From an uncultured Acidobacteriota bacterium (lineage in GTDB: Bacteria; Actinomycetota; Acidimicrobiia; Spongiisociales; ZC4RG35): 64,000 bases of DNA. The notes beneath the pieces are model-generated. The model had not been told where the DNA came from. It ran no database searches and saw nothing but the letters and a program-made list of their open reading frames with translations. Shown here in pieces: positions 49,417 through 58,494 of this stretch; within the stretch, counting starts at the first letter, position 1, and each line of letters opens with the position of its first letter. The translations under genes were made by a program, and so were the position numbers. The stretch is from positions 43,589 to 107,588 of the forward strand of contig CAWHEU010000026.1 in assembly GCA_963828465.1 (NCBI GenBank). Direction: 5' to 3'.

Positions 49417-50766
49417 ATGTCTACCTGGCGCGCTAGCCGGTCGGCCCATCTCAATGGGGTATCGGCCACGGCCGATGCGCTGTCGCACGCGGCCTTATCG
49501 CCTCCGAAGGTCGAGGTCGGCGGTTGGCTGGAGAACTGGACGAACAGGGTCTCCGATCTGGCACGTCTCAGAGAGGCTCATCCCATGGTCGATGCGGTCA
49601 TTGACGAGGTCGATGTCAGGCGGATCCGGGTGGGAGACCAATGGCTTGCCGATTTTGCCTCATGCAACTACCTCGGGTTGGACTGGAACCCGGAGGTGAT
49701 CGAAGCAATACCTGGCTATTTACGTCGTTGGGGTACACACCCCAGTTGGTCTCGGCTGCTGGGGAGCCCGATCATCTACGAGGAGATCGAAGAGCGGCTG
49801 ACGAAGCTGTTGGCATGTGATGACGTCCTCCTCTTGCCGACGATCACCCACATCCACATGTCAGTGATCCCTCTATTGGCCGCCTCGGGAGTGGTCTTTC
49901 TCGATCAGCGGGCGCACAAGACCATCTTCGATGGATGCAGTGTCGCCCGGGGCAATGGAGCCACCATCCATCGCTTTCGACACAACGATTATGAGCACCT
50001 GGAACAGCTTTTGAAGTCAGACAAGCGTTCTCCGCGTGTCATAGCTACCGATGGTGTCAACTCGATGACCGGGAATGCGCCAGACACCCATGAACTGGCC
50101 CGCTTGGCCAGAGAGTACGACGCTTTGCTCTACATCGACGACGCCCACGGCTTTGGCATCGTCGGTCATCGGCATCCCAATGAGCTGAGCCATTACGGAA
50201 TGTCGGGTGACGGTCTGATCCGACATCAGGGTGAGAGCTACGACAACGTCGTGTTCGTTGCGGGGATGTCCAAGGCGTATTCATCGCTCCTTGCTTTCCT
50301 CGCTCTCCCCACCCCGCTCAAGAACCTGCTCAAAGTGGCGGCGCCGCCCTACCTTTTCTCAGGACCGTCGCCGATCGCAACCCTCGCCACGGCGGCGGTC
50401 GGGCTCGAGGTCAACGAACGGCAGGGCGACCAATTTCGCTATGAAATCTGGCGGAAGACCAGATCGATCCTCGATTGCCTCGATGACCTGGGCATCTATA
50501 CACCCAACACATCGGGGTTCCCCATCATCGAGATTCCACTGGCCCGTCATGAGGATATCGACGAGGTGGGCCGCTTTCTGTTTCACCAAGGTATCTATGT
50601 GACCCTCGCCGCATACCCGCTCGTTCCCAAACATGAGGTCGGGTTCAGGATCCAGGTCACCAGCGCCAACGATGACGACCAGATCGATCGGTTGTGCGAG
50701 GTCATCGTGGAGCTGGCCAGACGTTTTGCCTTTCAGGAACCAGACACGACCAGGCAAGTGAGCTGA
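49417..50766 (+). CDS. PLP-dependent alpha-oxoamine synthase (AONS/BioF/CqsA/SPT fold)
   Basis: FASCNYLGL, AHKTIFDG, FRHND, DGVNSMTG, DDAHGFG, GMSKAYS (PLP Lys), YLFSGP. Confidence 0.9.
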   Translation: MSTWRASRSAHLNGVSATADALSHAALSPPKVEVGGWLENWTNRVSDLARLREAHPMVDAVIDEVDVRRIRVGDQWLADFASCNYLGLDWNPEVIEAIPGYLRRWGTHPSWSRLLGSPIIYEEIEERLTKLLACDDVLLLPTITHIHMSVIPLLAASGVVFLDQRAHKTIFDGCSVARGNGATIHRFRHNDYEHLEQLLKSDKRSPRVIATDGVNSMTGNAPDTHELARLAREYDALLYIDDAHGFGIVGHRHPNELSHYGMSGDGLIRHQGESYDNVVFVAGMSKAYSSLLAFLALPTPLKNLLKVAAPPYLFSGPSPIATLATAAVGLEVNERQGDQFRYEIWRKTRSILDCLDDLGIYTPNTSGFPIIEIPLARHEDIDEVGRFLFHQGIYVTLAAYPLVPKHEVGFRIQVTSANDDDQIDRLCEVIVELARRFAFQEPDTTRQVS

Positions 50767-50769
50767 ATC

Positions 50770-52992
50770 ATGGCCACCGGCGAGCTAAGGAGACTTCTCG
50801 GCACACCGGAGCCCGTGTCGCTGAGCTTTGTCCGCTCCAGGGAGTCAGGGTGGAAGATCTACTTCCTGGTCGGCTCCGTGGTGCTGGCCGGATTCCTCGT
50901 GATTCCATCATTGCGGGTTGGGCCCTTGTTCAACGTGATCGCCCTATCCGGTGCGCTCGCCATCATCTTCACGCTCAGGCGGCACCGTCCTGAGCAACGC
51001 ATCCCCTGGCTTTTGGTTGCGGTAGGCCAAATCGTCTTCGTGGGTGGGGACATCATCACCTACAACTACGAGCGGTTCTTCGGTGGGGAGCCACCTTTCC
51101 CCTCGTTAGGAGACCTCTTCTATCTGACTGTGTATCCGTTCCTGGTGGCAGGGATTCTCCTGATGATTCGCCGCCGCAGCCCGGGTCGAGATCGGGCGAG
51201 CCTGATCGACTCACTGATCATCGGGTTCGGCGTAGGCACACTGTCGTGGGTCTTCCTCATCGCCCCATACCTCTATGACCCGACTCTGACTGTGTATCAG
51301 AAAGTGGTGGCCATGGCCTATCCAGTCATGGACCTGGTCCTCCTCACCGTCGCCGTCCGTCTCGGCATGGGGGCAGGCAAACGATCGGCTGGCTTCTACT
51401 TGATGATGGGCTCGATCGGAGTCCTATTCATCACCGATGTCATATACGGCTGGATCGTTCTGCACGGGGGCTACGACAACTCCACAGGATACCTGGAAGC
51501 GGGTTGGGGTTTGTTCTACCTCCTGCTGGGAGCGTCGGCTCTGCACCTGACAACACCGTTGATCGAGACCCCCGAGCCCGAGTACGAGCCAACTCAGCCG
51601 CGCCTCAGGGTCCTGCTTCTGGCGTGCGCCGCCTTGATGGCTCCAGCGGTGAACATTGTTCAGTCCTTGCGCGGGGAGGCCGTTGACGTCCCGATTGTCT
51701 CGGCAGCCGGGGCTCTGATGTTCATCTTTGTGCTGGTGCGCCTCAACGGTCTTATGGTGGACATAACCCAATATCGAAGGACCGCCCGGGCGCTCACCGA
51801 GGCCGAGGCGAAGTATCGATCACTGGTGGAAGGGCTGCCCGCCGTCGTGTATGTCGCCGACTTCGGCGAGCAGGGTGATTTCACCTACGTCAGCCCGCAG
51901 ATCGAGTCCGTGCTGGGTTTCAGGCCAGACGAGTTTCAGACAGCAGCGTTTTGGAAGGATCGCATCGTCCCAGAGGACAGGGCGCGTGCCGTAGACGCCG
52001 AACTGCGCCTGGCAGCTGGCAATAGCCGGCTCGAGGTCGAGTACCGGATCCTCGGAAAGGATGGCCGGGAGGTCTGGATACGAGAGGACGCTGATGCAGT
52101 CCGTGACGAAAATGGCATTCCCCTTTATCTGCAAGGGGTGATGTACGACGTCACCGAGCAGAAGACCATCGAACAGAAATTGGTCAAAGCCCTCGAGACC
52201 GAGAAAGAGACCAACCGAATTCGCTCCGAGTTCGTTCTGATGATCAACCACGAGCTTCGCACCCCACTCACGAGCGTCGTGTCCGGCGCCGAGGTGATTG
52301 CCGACCTCGATCTGCCCGAGGACGACCGACAGATGATCATCGCGGACATGCTGCGGGACGGTAGACGACTGGATGGGCTGATCTCCCAGATGTTGACGGT
52401 CGCCCGCATAGAGAACAGCGGACTCAACTTCAGCCTCACCAGGACGGAAGTGAGCAGTGTCCTCGGGCGTATCAGACAGACGGCCGACAGCCGGCTCTAC
52501 GCTCTGGACGACGCCTGGGCCGGCGACGCAGTGGTCAACACGGACCGCGACGCCCTTGTGCAGTTGCTCACTTCGCTCGCCGACAACGCCTTCACTCATG
52601 GGGCATCCAAGGTGGCGATCCAGGTCACCCCAACCCTCCGATTCAACCCTATGCACACTGTTGGGGTCCAACCACCCCAGACCTTGTTCTTCCTGGTCTT
52701 AGACAACGGACCTGGCATCGACCGGGAGTTCCTGCCTCGTGCCTTCGGGAAGTTCGAGAAGCACAGCAGGAGCTCAGGTACGGGACTCGGCCTCTATCTA
52801 GCGCGCCTCATGGTGGAGGCCATGCAAGGCGCCATCTCAGTCCACACCGGGCCCACCGGCACGATCATGGCGGTAGGGATCCCACTCGTGTCGGTCGACG
52901 GGCCTACCACGGATTCGGTTCCGGTCCTTGCGAGCAACGAGCACGATGCGACGGGTGCGTCTCCGCGACTGCCGCCGACATTGGCTGAATGA
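50770..52992 (+). CDS. Multi-TM (about 10 helices) PAS-domain sensor histidine kinase
   Basis: Membrane domain with PFPSLGDLFYL; PAS/PAC (YVSPQIE...EYRI...VWIRE...DVTEQK); H-box NHELRTPLT; DNA, DNGPGI, GTGLGL. Confidence 0.92.
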   Translation: MATGELRRLLGTPEPVSLSFVRSRESGWKIYFLVGSVVLAGFLVIPSLRVGPLFNVIALSGALAIIFTLRRHRPEQRIPWLLVAVGQIVFVGGDIITYNYERFFGGEPPFPSLGDLFYLTVYPFLVAGILLMIRRRSPGRDRASLIDSLIIGFGVGTLSWVFLIAPYLYDPTLTVYQKVVAMAYPVMDLVLLTVAVRLGMGAGKRSAGFYLMMGSIGVLFITDVIYGWIVLHGGYDNSTGYLEAGWGLFYLLLGASALHLTTPLIETPEPEYEPTQPRLRVLLLACAALMAPAVNIVQSLRGEAVDVPIVSAAGALMFIFVLVRLNGLMVDITQYRRTARALTEAEAKYRSLVEGLPAVVYVADFGEQGDFTYVSPQIESVLGFRPDEFQTAAFWKDRIVPEDRARAVDAELRLAAGNSRLEVEYRILGKDGREVWIREDADAVRDENGIPLYLQGVMYDVTEQKTIEQKLVKALETEKETNRIRSEFVLMINHELRTPLTSVVSGAEVIADLDLPEDDRQMIIADMLRDGRRLDGLISQMLTVARIENSGLNFSLTRTEVSSVLGRIRQTADSRLYALDDAWAGDAVVNTDRDALVQLLTSLADNAFTHGASKVAIQVTPTLRFNPMHTVGVQPPQTLFFLVLDNGPGIDREFLPRAFGKFEKHSRSSGTGLGLYLARLMVEAMQGAISVHTGPTGTIMAVGIPLVSVDGPTTDSVPVLASNEHDATGASPRLPPTLAE

Positions 52993-54278
52993 TGGAGCCG
53001 GTGGTGGGCAAACGATCCGGCGCCTTCAGGCTCTTTCGACCTCTACGAATTCGGGACTTCAAGTTGCTTTGGACCGGACTGGTCGTCTCGCTCATCGGGG
53101 ACGGCATGTTCTTGATCGCCCTGGCCTGGCAGGTCTACGAGCTTTCCAATTCCCCCAGCGCATTGGCAATCGTCGGGGTGTCGATGTCGGTATCCCACGT
53201 TCTGTTCCTGTTGGTCGGTGGTGTGATCACTGATCGACTGGATCGGAGGATCGTGATGATGGGCGCCGACGTGGTCCGCGGGACGGCGGTAGCAGCTCTG
53301 GGCATCCTTACATTGAGCGGGAACATCGAGCTCTGGCATATCGTCGCTCTGGCGGCTGTCTACGGGGCCGGCAATGCCTTTTTCGGCCCGGCATTCGATG
53401 CGATCGTCCCAGACGTGGTCCCCCCTGATCAGCTGACACAGGCGAACGCCATGGACCAGCTCGTCCGGCCCGCCGCGTGGCATATGGCCGGGCCGGCCAT
53501 TGGGGGAGTCGTTGTAGGGGTGCTGGGTGCGGGGGCTGCCTTCCTCATCGATGCCGGCACGTTCGCCGTCTCCATCTGGGCACTGTCTTTGATCAAGTCG
53601 AGACCCAGCCAACAATCTGAAGTGAGGGACGGATCGCTGTTCGGGGAGGTCGCTGAGGGTTTCAGATACGTGCGACAGCGGGTTTGGCTATGGGGCACAT
53701 TCCTCGCGGCGACCGTTGCCTACCTCGTCTTCCTCGGCCCGATCGAAGTGCTCTTGCCTTTTGTCGTCAGAAACGAAATGGGTGGTTCGGCCACGGACCT
53801 CGGATTCGTCCTTGCGGTGGGAGGCGTGGGCGCCATCGGAGTTGCGATGCTCATCGGTGCACGAGGGATTCCGCGCAAGAACATGACGTTCATCTACATC
53901 ACGTGGACGATCTCGACGTTGGCTGTAGCCGGTTACGGTCTGGCCAATGTTCCGTGGCAGGCCATGATCGCCGCGTTCATCTTCGGCTCGTTCGAAGCGG
54001 CTGGTCTGATTGCATGGATCACGACGAAGCACCGGTTAGTTCCCCGTCACCTACTTGGGCGAGTGTCCAGCTTGGACTGGTTCATCTCAGTCGGTCTCCT
54101 GCCTGTCTCATATGCAATGACGGTCCCAGTCGTGGAATTCCTAGGTCCCAGATCGACCTTGATTGGTGCCGGGGTCCTGGGGGCAGCCGCCACCCTCGCA
54201 TTCCTCTTCCTTCCTGGCATGCGTGATCCTGAGGAGCTCCAAGAAGTTGGCACTGAGGTCGAATTGACCATTGCTTGA
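52989..54278 (+). CDS. MFS exporter (DHA3, Tet(V)-like)
   Basis: GGVITDRLDRR, LGPIEVLLPF, LLGRVSSLD; ATGA overlap with the kinase stop. Confidence 0.88.
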   Translation: MMEPVVGKRSGAFRLFRPLRIRDFKLLWTGLVVSLIGDGMFLIALAWQVYELSNSPSALAIVGVSMSVSHVLFLLVGGVITDRLDRRIVMMGADVVRGTAVAALGILTLSGNIELWHIVALAAVYGAGNAFFGPAFDAIVPDVVPPDQLTQANAMDQLVRPAAWHMAGPAIGGVVVGVLGAGAAFLIDAGTFAVSIWALSLIKSRPSQQSEVRDGSLFGEVAEGFRYVRQRVWLWGTFLAATVAYLVFLGPIEVLLPFVVRNEMGGSATDLGFVLAVGGVGAIGVAMLIGARGIPRKNMTFIYITWTISTLAVAGYGLANVPWQAMIAAFIFGSFEAAGLIAWITTKHRLVPRHLLGRVSSLDWFISVGLLPVSYAMTVPVVEFLGPRSTLIGAGVLGAAATLAFLFLPGMRDPEELQEVGTEVELTIA

Positions 54279-54342
54279 CCAAGGAAACTACCGCGATCAG
54301 CGGCCTGCTGAGAAGTCAATGAAACAAGGGGAAGTGACGATC

Positions 54343-54480
54343 GGCGCCCTCGGCAGGATTCGAACCTGCGACACCCGGTTTAGGAAACCTGCTCTGTATT
54401 CGGGTCTCAGACACCCGAAAACGCCAATGAACATGGGGTTTTCGCGTTCTCTAGGTTTGGCGCGTTCCGGTGCTCAGTTT
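54343..54480 (-). repeat. tRNA-Arg(CCT)-derived att-like repeat, long copy 2
   Basis: Reverse complement ends GGTTTCCTAAACCGGGTGTCGCAGGTTCGAATCCTGCCGAGGGCGCC (anticodon loop TT-CCT-AA, T-arm, acceptor 3' strand). Confidence 0.92.
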
Positions 54481-55149
54481 TGGACGGGAACGTAGTTCTG
54501 CCGCCCACGCGGCGGGGCTCGCTTTGTCGTTCGACCGTGCTCAGCTGTCCGGTTGCACCGCGATGGCGGGGCGAAATGCAGGGGTGTCGCCGAGAGCTAC
54601 GAGGAGGGTTAGGAGAAGATGGCCAGGTCGAACTTGTTCCTCGGCAGGCACCGGAGTGGTTCCAAGGCGGCCGCTTGACGTGTCGAGAAGCGTGGCCAGG
54701 GCGTCTTCGGCGAGTTCCTTTCCGATCGCGGAGAGATGCTACTCAGGAGGAGCAGTTGCCGGGATCGGGGCATGTCGAGCCGTTTGATGAGACCGGCCTT
54801 TCGGCAGGAATCGGTCATGCCACCCAGGTTAAGCAGGATGCGTCTCGGCCGCTCTGACGTCCCGCTGATGAGGCGGTCTCGATACCGGTCACGTGGATCT
54901 GAATCAGAGACGCCAATGACGCAGGGGATGGCGATCGACCAGCACTGAGCCATCGAGGTTCCGGTCCGGCACACGTAGCTTCGCCGGAGCGATGGCTTGC
55001 TTCGAGATTGGTGAATCGGCCACCGGGCACGATGGTTCGTGACACAGTGGCCGATCGTAGTGCTCAGTCCTCGAGTGAAGCGACGAACTCGGGAACGAAT
55101 TGTTCCCAGAGCGCCATGGGCTCCGCTCTCCAGAGGGGGGGCCGATCGA

Positions 55150-55847
55150 ACGTGGCTGCATAGTCGGCTCAGGGTGATTCTCGAGCACCCAGTTTCCGAA
55201 TGGCGTAATGACCTCTCTCAACCCCTAGGTGAATGCCCTGTCTCTCGATAATGACCACGTCTCGATCCCGTCGGACCCGAATGTAATACGAACCGGTTGA
55301 CGGGGGCGGAAGGTGCGACCCCGAGGGCGCGGCTCAGGTCATTCTGCCCGAGTACGGGCAATGAACCACACACGGCTCCACCTCGACGCAGGTATCGGAC
55401 TCGTAGGTCGGACCGAGGATCCGCTCGAACTCGATCCGAGCCGGTAGTTCACCCAGGTTGGTCTCGTCCCAGTCGCTCTCCGACCACCACATCATCGGCG
55501 AGCAATGACAGCACGGTGTCGACGTCGTGTTAATTCGTGGCGACCATGTACGCCTCGGCGATGCCGACCGGGCCGGCCACCGGGGCTGGATTCCGGTTCG
55601 CTAGGGCGAATGCGGCGACCGCGACCACCACCATTACTCCGGCCAGCGCGAGGCCAGGTGCGAATCGTCGTCGGTTTGAGCCCTCCCGCTTGGGCTCGAT
55701 CGTCTTCACTTCACTCATAGCACTGCTCCTCTCGGATTCGTCTCTGAGGGCACCGATGTCCACCGGGTCGATCGGGTCGAGCAAGTCCAATGACGGCACC
55801 GGGTTGGCCCGAGCGAACAGGACTGCGACTTGGTCTTCGATGGTCAT
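55150..55847 (-). pseudogene. Decayed anti-sigma-like membrane protein with SnoaL/NTF2-like domain
   Basis: FARANPVP...TM...AEAYMVATN*HDVDTVLSLLADDVVV (in-frame TAA at 55530); later fragment FGNWVLENHPE; 3' end approximate. Confidence 0.6.
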
Positions 55848-55860
55848 GATCCACCTCCTT

Positions 55861-56388
55861 TCAGAGCAGCGGGGGGAAGTTGTCCTTGGTCAGTTTCAGG
55901 TACTCATTTGCGAGGTTGCGACGGGCGCGAAAGGCCCGTTGTTTCACCGTGCCCGGCTCTAGCCCGAGCACGATGGCGGCATCGGCGTGCGACAACTCCT
56001 CCCACAAGGTGAGCCGTAGGATCTCCTGGTCGATCGGTCTGAGTCGGGCAGCGGCTTTGATCACTGTCTGACTTTCGCTGCGACGGACCAATACGAGGTC
56101 GGGTGTCGGGGGTTCCACCTCTGCCAGACCTTGAAGCTTTTCGAGTAGACGCCGGCTGCGGGCGCTACGCCTCCATTGGTGGGACAGGACCCGAAAGGCC
56201 ACCCCATATAGCCAGGGCAGCGCTGCTTCTCCATCTGGCACCTGGTCGATTTTGCGCCAGGCCACGAGGAATGTCTCGGCGACCGCGTCGGCAGCCTGAG
56301 ATCCCGGACTTCGTCGAGCGCAGTAGGCGTGGACTTTCCTGCCGTATCGACCGTAGAGCTCGGTGAATTTCAGTTCCTCGTCCGACAT
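55861..56388 (-). CDS. ECF RNA polymerase sigma factor
   Basis: DAVAETFLVAWRK, PWLYGVA, EELSHADAA, GTVKQRAFRARRNL. Confidence 0.9.
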   Translation of the reverse strand: MSDEELKFTELYGRYGRKVHAYCARRSPGSQAADAVAETFLVAWRKIDQVPDGEAALPWLYGVAFRVLSHQWRRSARSRRLLEKLQGLAEVEPPTPDLVLVRRSESQTVIKAAARLRPIDQEILRLTLWEELSHADAAIVLGLEPGTVKQRAFRARRNLANEYLKLTKDNFPPLL

Positions 56389-56793
56389 GGAATGCTCGGC
56401 TCGGTTTCCGACCTTCATCACAAACCTCTACGCCCGCCTGATCCGCCCAGGTCACCCTTTTTCTTGGGTGACAATTGGCATCTGCCGGGCATGTAACGCT
56501 GAGAGCAATCGGGGGGTTGCGCCGAGGGTCCCACGTCCCGGGCGTGGGACCAACGGTCAGCCGTTTCGGAGGCTACGTACCTTCGACACCACGTACACAG
56601 CCACCACGTCGGTTGAATAGGTGGGCGGAAACGGCCAACGCGGAGAACCCCCGACCGGCCTGATCTTGCGGTGATTCGAAGCTCCGGGTTGGAGCCCTCG
56701 AATACATCCATGTCGACATCTATTAGCTCAGCAAGCTCGACGATGCATCGCCTCTCGGACCGGATCGGTGACAGTTATGGGGAACCCGTAGTC

Positions 56794-56932
56794 GGCGCTC
56801 TCGGCAGGATTCGAACCTGCGACACCCGGTTTAGGAAACCTGCTCTGTATTTGGGTCTTAGGATGCCCGAAAACGCCAATGAAGATCGGGTTTTCGCGTT
56901 CTCTAGGGTCGGCGCGTTCCGGTGCTCAGTTT
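56794..56932 (-). repeat. tRNA-Arg(CCT)-derived att-like repeat, long copy 3
   Basis: About 10 differences from copy 2 over ~138 bp by manual alignment; same orientation. Confidence 0.92.
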
Positions 56933-57050
56933 GACCCAGCTGAGGATCAGGTCGCAGTCTCAGCTAAGTGGGTGTGGGTTACTGACAGGAACGTCGCTTG
57001 ATGCTGGAGGAGCCGCGGAAGAGTCCCACCACCGTGACGTTGCGGGAATA

Positions 57051-57194
57051 TCAGGTGAAGACGCTAACGCCGCCCGGTCCGACTAACAGACCCACCACGA
57101 TCAACACGATTCCCCATAACATTTGACCGCGGAAGATGGCTGCGATCCCTGCGATCACCAGGATGACCACGATAATCCAAAGGATTGTTGCCAT
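57051..57194 (-). CDS. GPGG-motif small membrane protein (47 aa, absent from the ORF track)
   Basis: Manual translation MATILWIIVVILVIAGIAAIFRGQMLWGIVLIVVGLLVGPGGVSVFT*; GGAGG RBS upstream. Confidence 0.88.
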   Translation of the reverse strand: MATILWIIVVILVIAGIAAIFRGQMLWGIVLIVVGLLVGPGGVSVFT

Positions 57195-57476
57195 TGGTTC
57201 GTCCTCCCAGACTTGAAGTGACAATCACGTACCCGGCACGTTGGGTCAACAAACAGCGATCTCACCACTCGCGACACGCCAGCAAATCCGTACGACTGAG
57301 AGACAAACGGACGGAGCCCCTTGGGATGCCCACCCCCACCCCAAGGAACTCCGTCGTGTGGAACCGAGCCAATAGCGGACATGGACTCCTGTTCAGGTAC
57401 TCATTTTCCCGAATACCAGGCCACGCGAACAAGAGCGCGAAATTTTCTCCGACCGTGGGCTCTGAAATTTGGGCCG

Positions 57477-58331
57477 TCAGGTTCCGGGGTGTTCCTCGCG
57501 ATCAGCCGCCGGTCGGTACGACAGACGGCCCCGGGTGATGACCGCGATGAGTATGGCGGCGATGATGATGACGCCGTTGAGTATCAGGAATCGATCCTCG
57601 GCGGTGGCCGGGATGAACTCTTGCGTGAAGGGTCCGTTGGTGGTGTTGAACGCCGCATGGAACAGACCGACCAGGAACAGGCTGCGGTTTGTGTTGTTGT
57701 AGAGCCATGCCACCAACACTCGGCTGCCTAGTTGGGGGATGGCGAGGAGGCCGAACACCAAAAGGGTTTCCTGGGTCGAACCGGTCTCCTCATAGAAACC
57801 CGGCAAATGAAACAGGGCGAATGGGATCCAGACCAACAGGCAGGCTTTGAGCGGGCCGTAGCGATCTTGCTGCCTGTCGAAGAGAAACCCGGTCCATCCG
57901 ATCTCCTCGGCCAGGTTGGAAAACAGGGCAAAGAGCAGGTACGGCAAGACCAATGTGAACAGGGACGGCCAATTGTCCTCCAACGCCTCCAGTGGAGCGG
58001 TGCCCAATAGGGCGGTGGCGGCCAGAACTGCTGCGACCGGTACGAAAAAGATTGCAAAGAAATACCAGCGGACCCCCACCCGCCACCGGAGGGTTCGGCG
58101 GGCTAGGTCCCGCACGCCGTCCCGACCATGGACGGCTGCCACCACCAGGAAAGCAGGGAGAGCCGACCCAAGGTAATGGCCCAACAAGTCGTAGGGGGCG
58201 AAATCGAACGGCAGTAGGTCTCGTCGGGTCAGAATCGACGGCAACGTCACTGCAATATTGACCCCGTAGACCATGACCAGGAACGCCGCCACGGGATGGC
58301 GGACCACCAAACGGCGGATAGAACCGCTCAT
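57477..58331 (-). CDS. CPBP (CAAX/Abi) intramembrane metalloprotease, intact paralog
   Basis: EEIGWTG, FALFH, FHAAFN motifs. Confidence 0.88.
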   Translation of the reverse strand: MSGSIRRLVVRHPVAAFLVMVYGVNIAVTLPSILTRRDLLPFDFAPYDLLGHYLGSALPAFLVVAAVHGRDGVRDLARRTLRWRVGVRWYFFAIFFVPVAAVLAATALLGTAPLEALEDNWPSLFTLVLPYLLFALFSNLAEEIGWTGFLFDRQQDRYGPLKACLLVWIPFALFHLPGFYEETGSTQETLLVFGLLAIPQLGSRVLVAWLYNNTNRSLFLVGLFHAAFNTTNGPFTQEFIPATAEDRFLILNGVIIIAAILIAVITRGRLSYRPAADREEHPGT

Positions 58332-58494
58332 GGCTGGCTCCGGAGCCAAAGCTCCGTTGAGACGGGCTGGATGGTTCGACCAAGGACCAGAATGGGACCG
58401 GAGACCACCGCCCTCTGGTCCACCTGTTTTCGAAGCACCGCGGCCAGTGCCATCGAGATCGACAGCACGGCGACGCAGCTCACCGAGGCGAGTG

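Noticed and set aside
49417-50766. Calling the gene bioF or spt
   Set aside because: No biotin or sphingolipid pathway neighbours, divergent motifs, and coupling to a kinase; gene symbol withheld
54490-55150. Short ORFs in all six frames
   Set aside because: None has recognisable motifs or coding-like composition; treated as decayed or non-coding DNA
48278-56932. Repeats as functional tRNA genes or a CRISPR array
   Set aside because: They lack the 5' acceptor strand and an intact D-arm; spacing is kilobases with genes between; no cas genes
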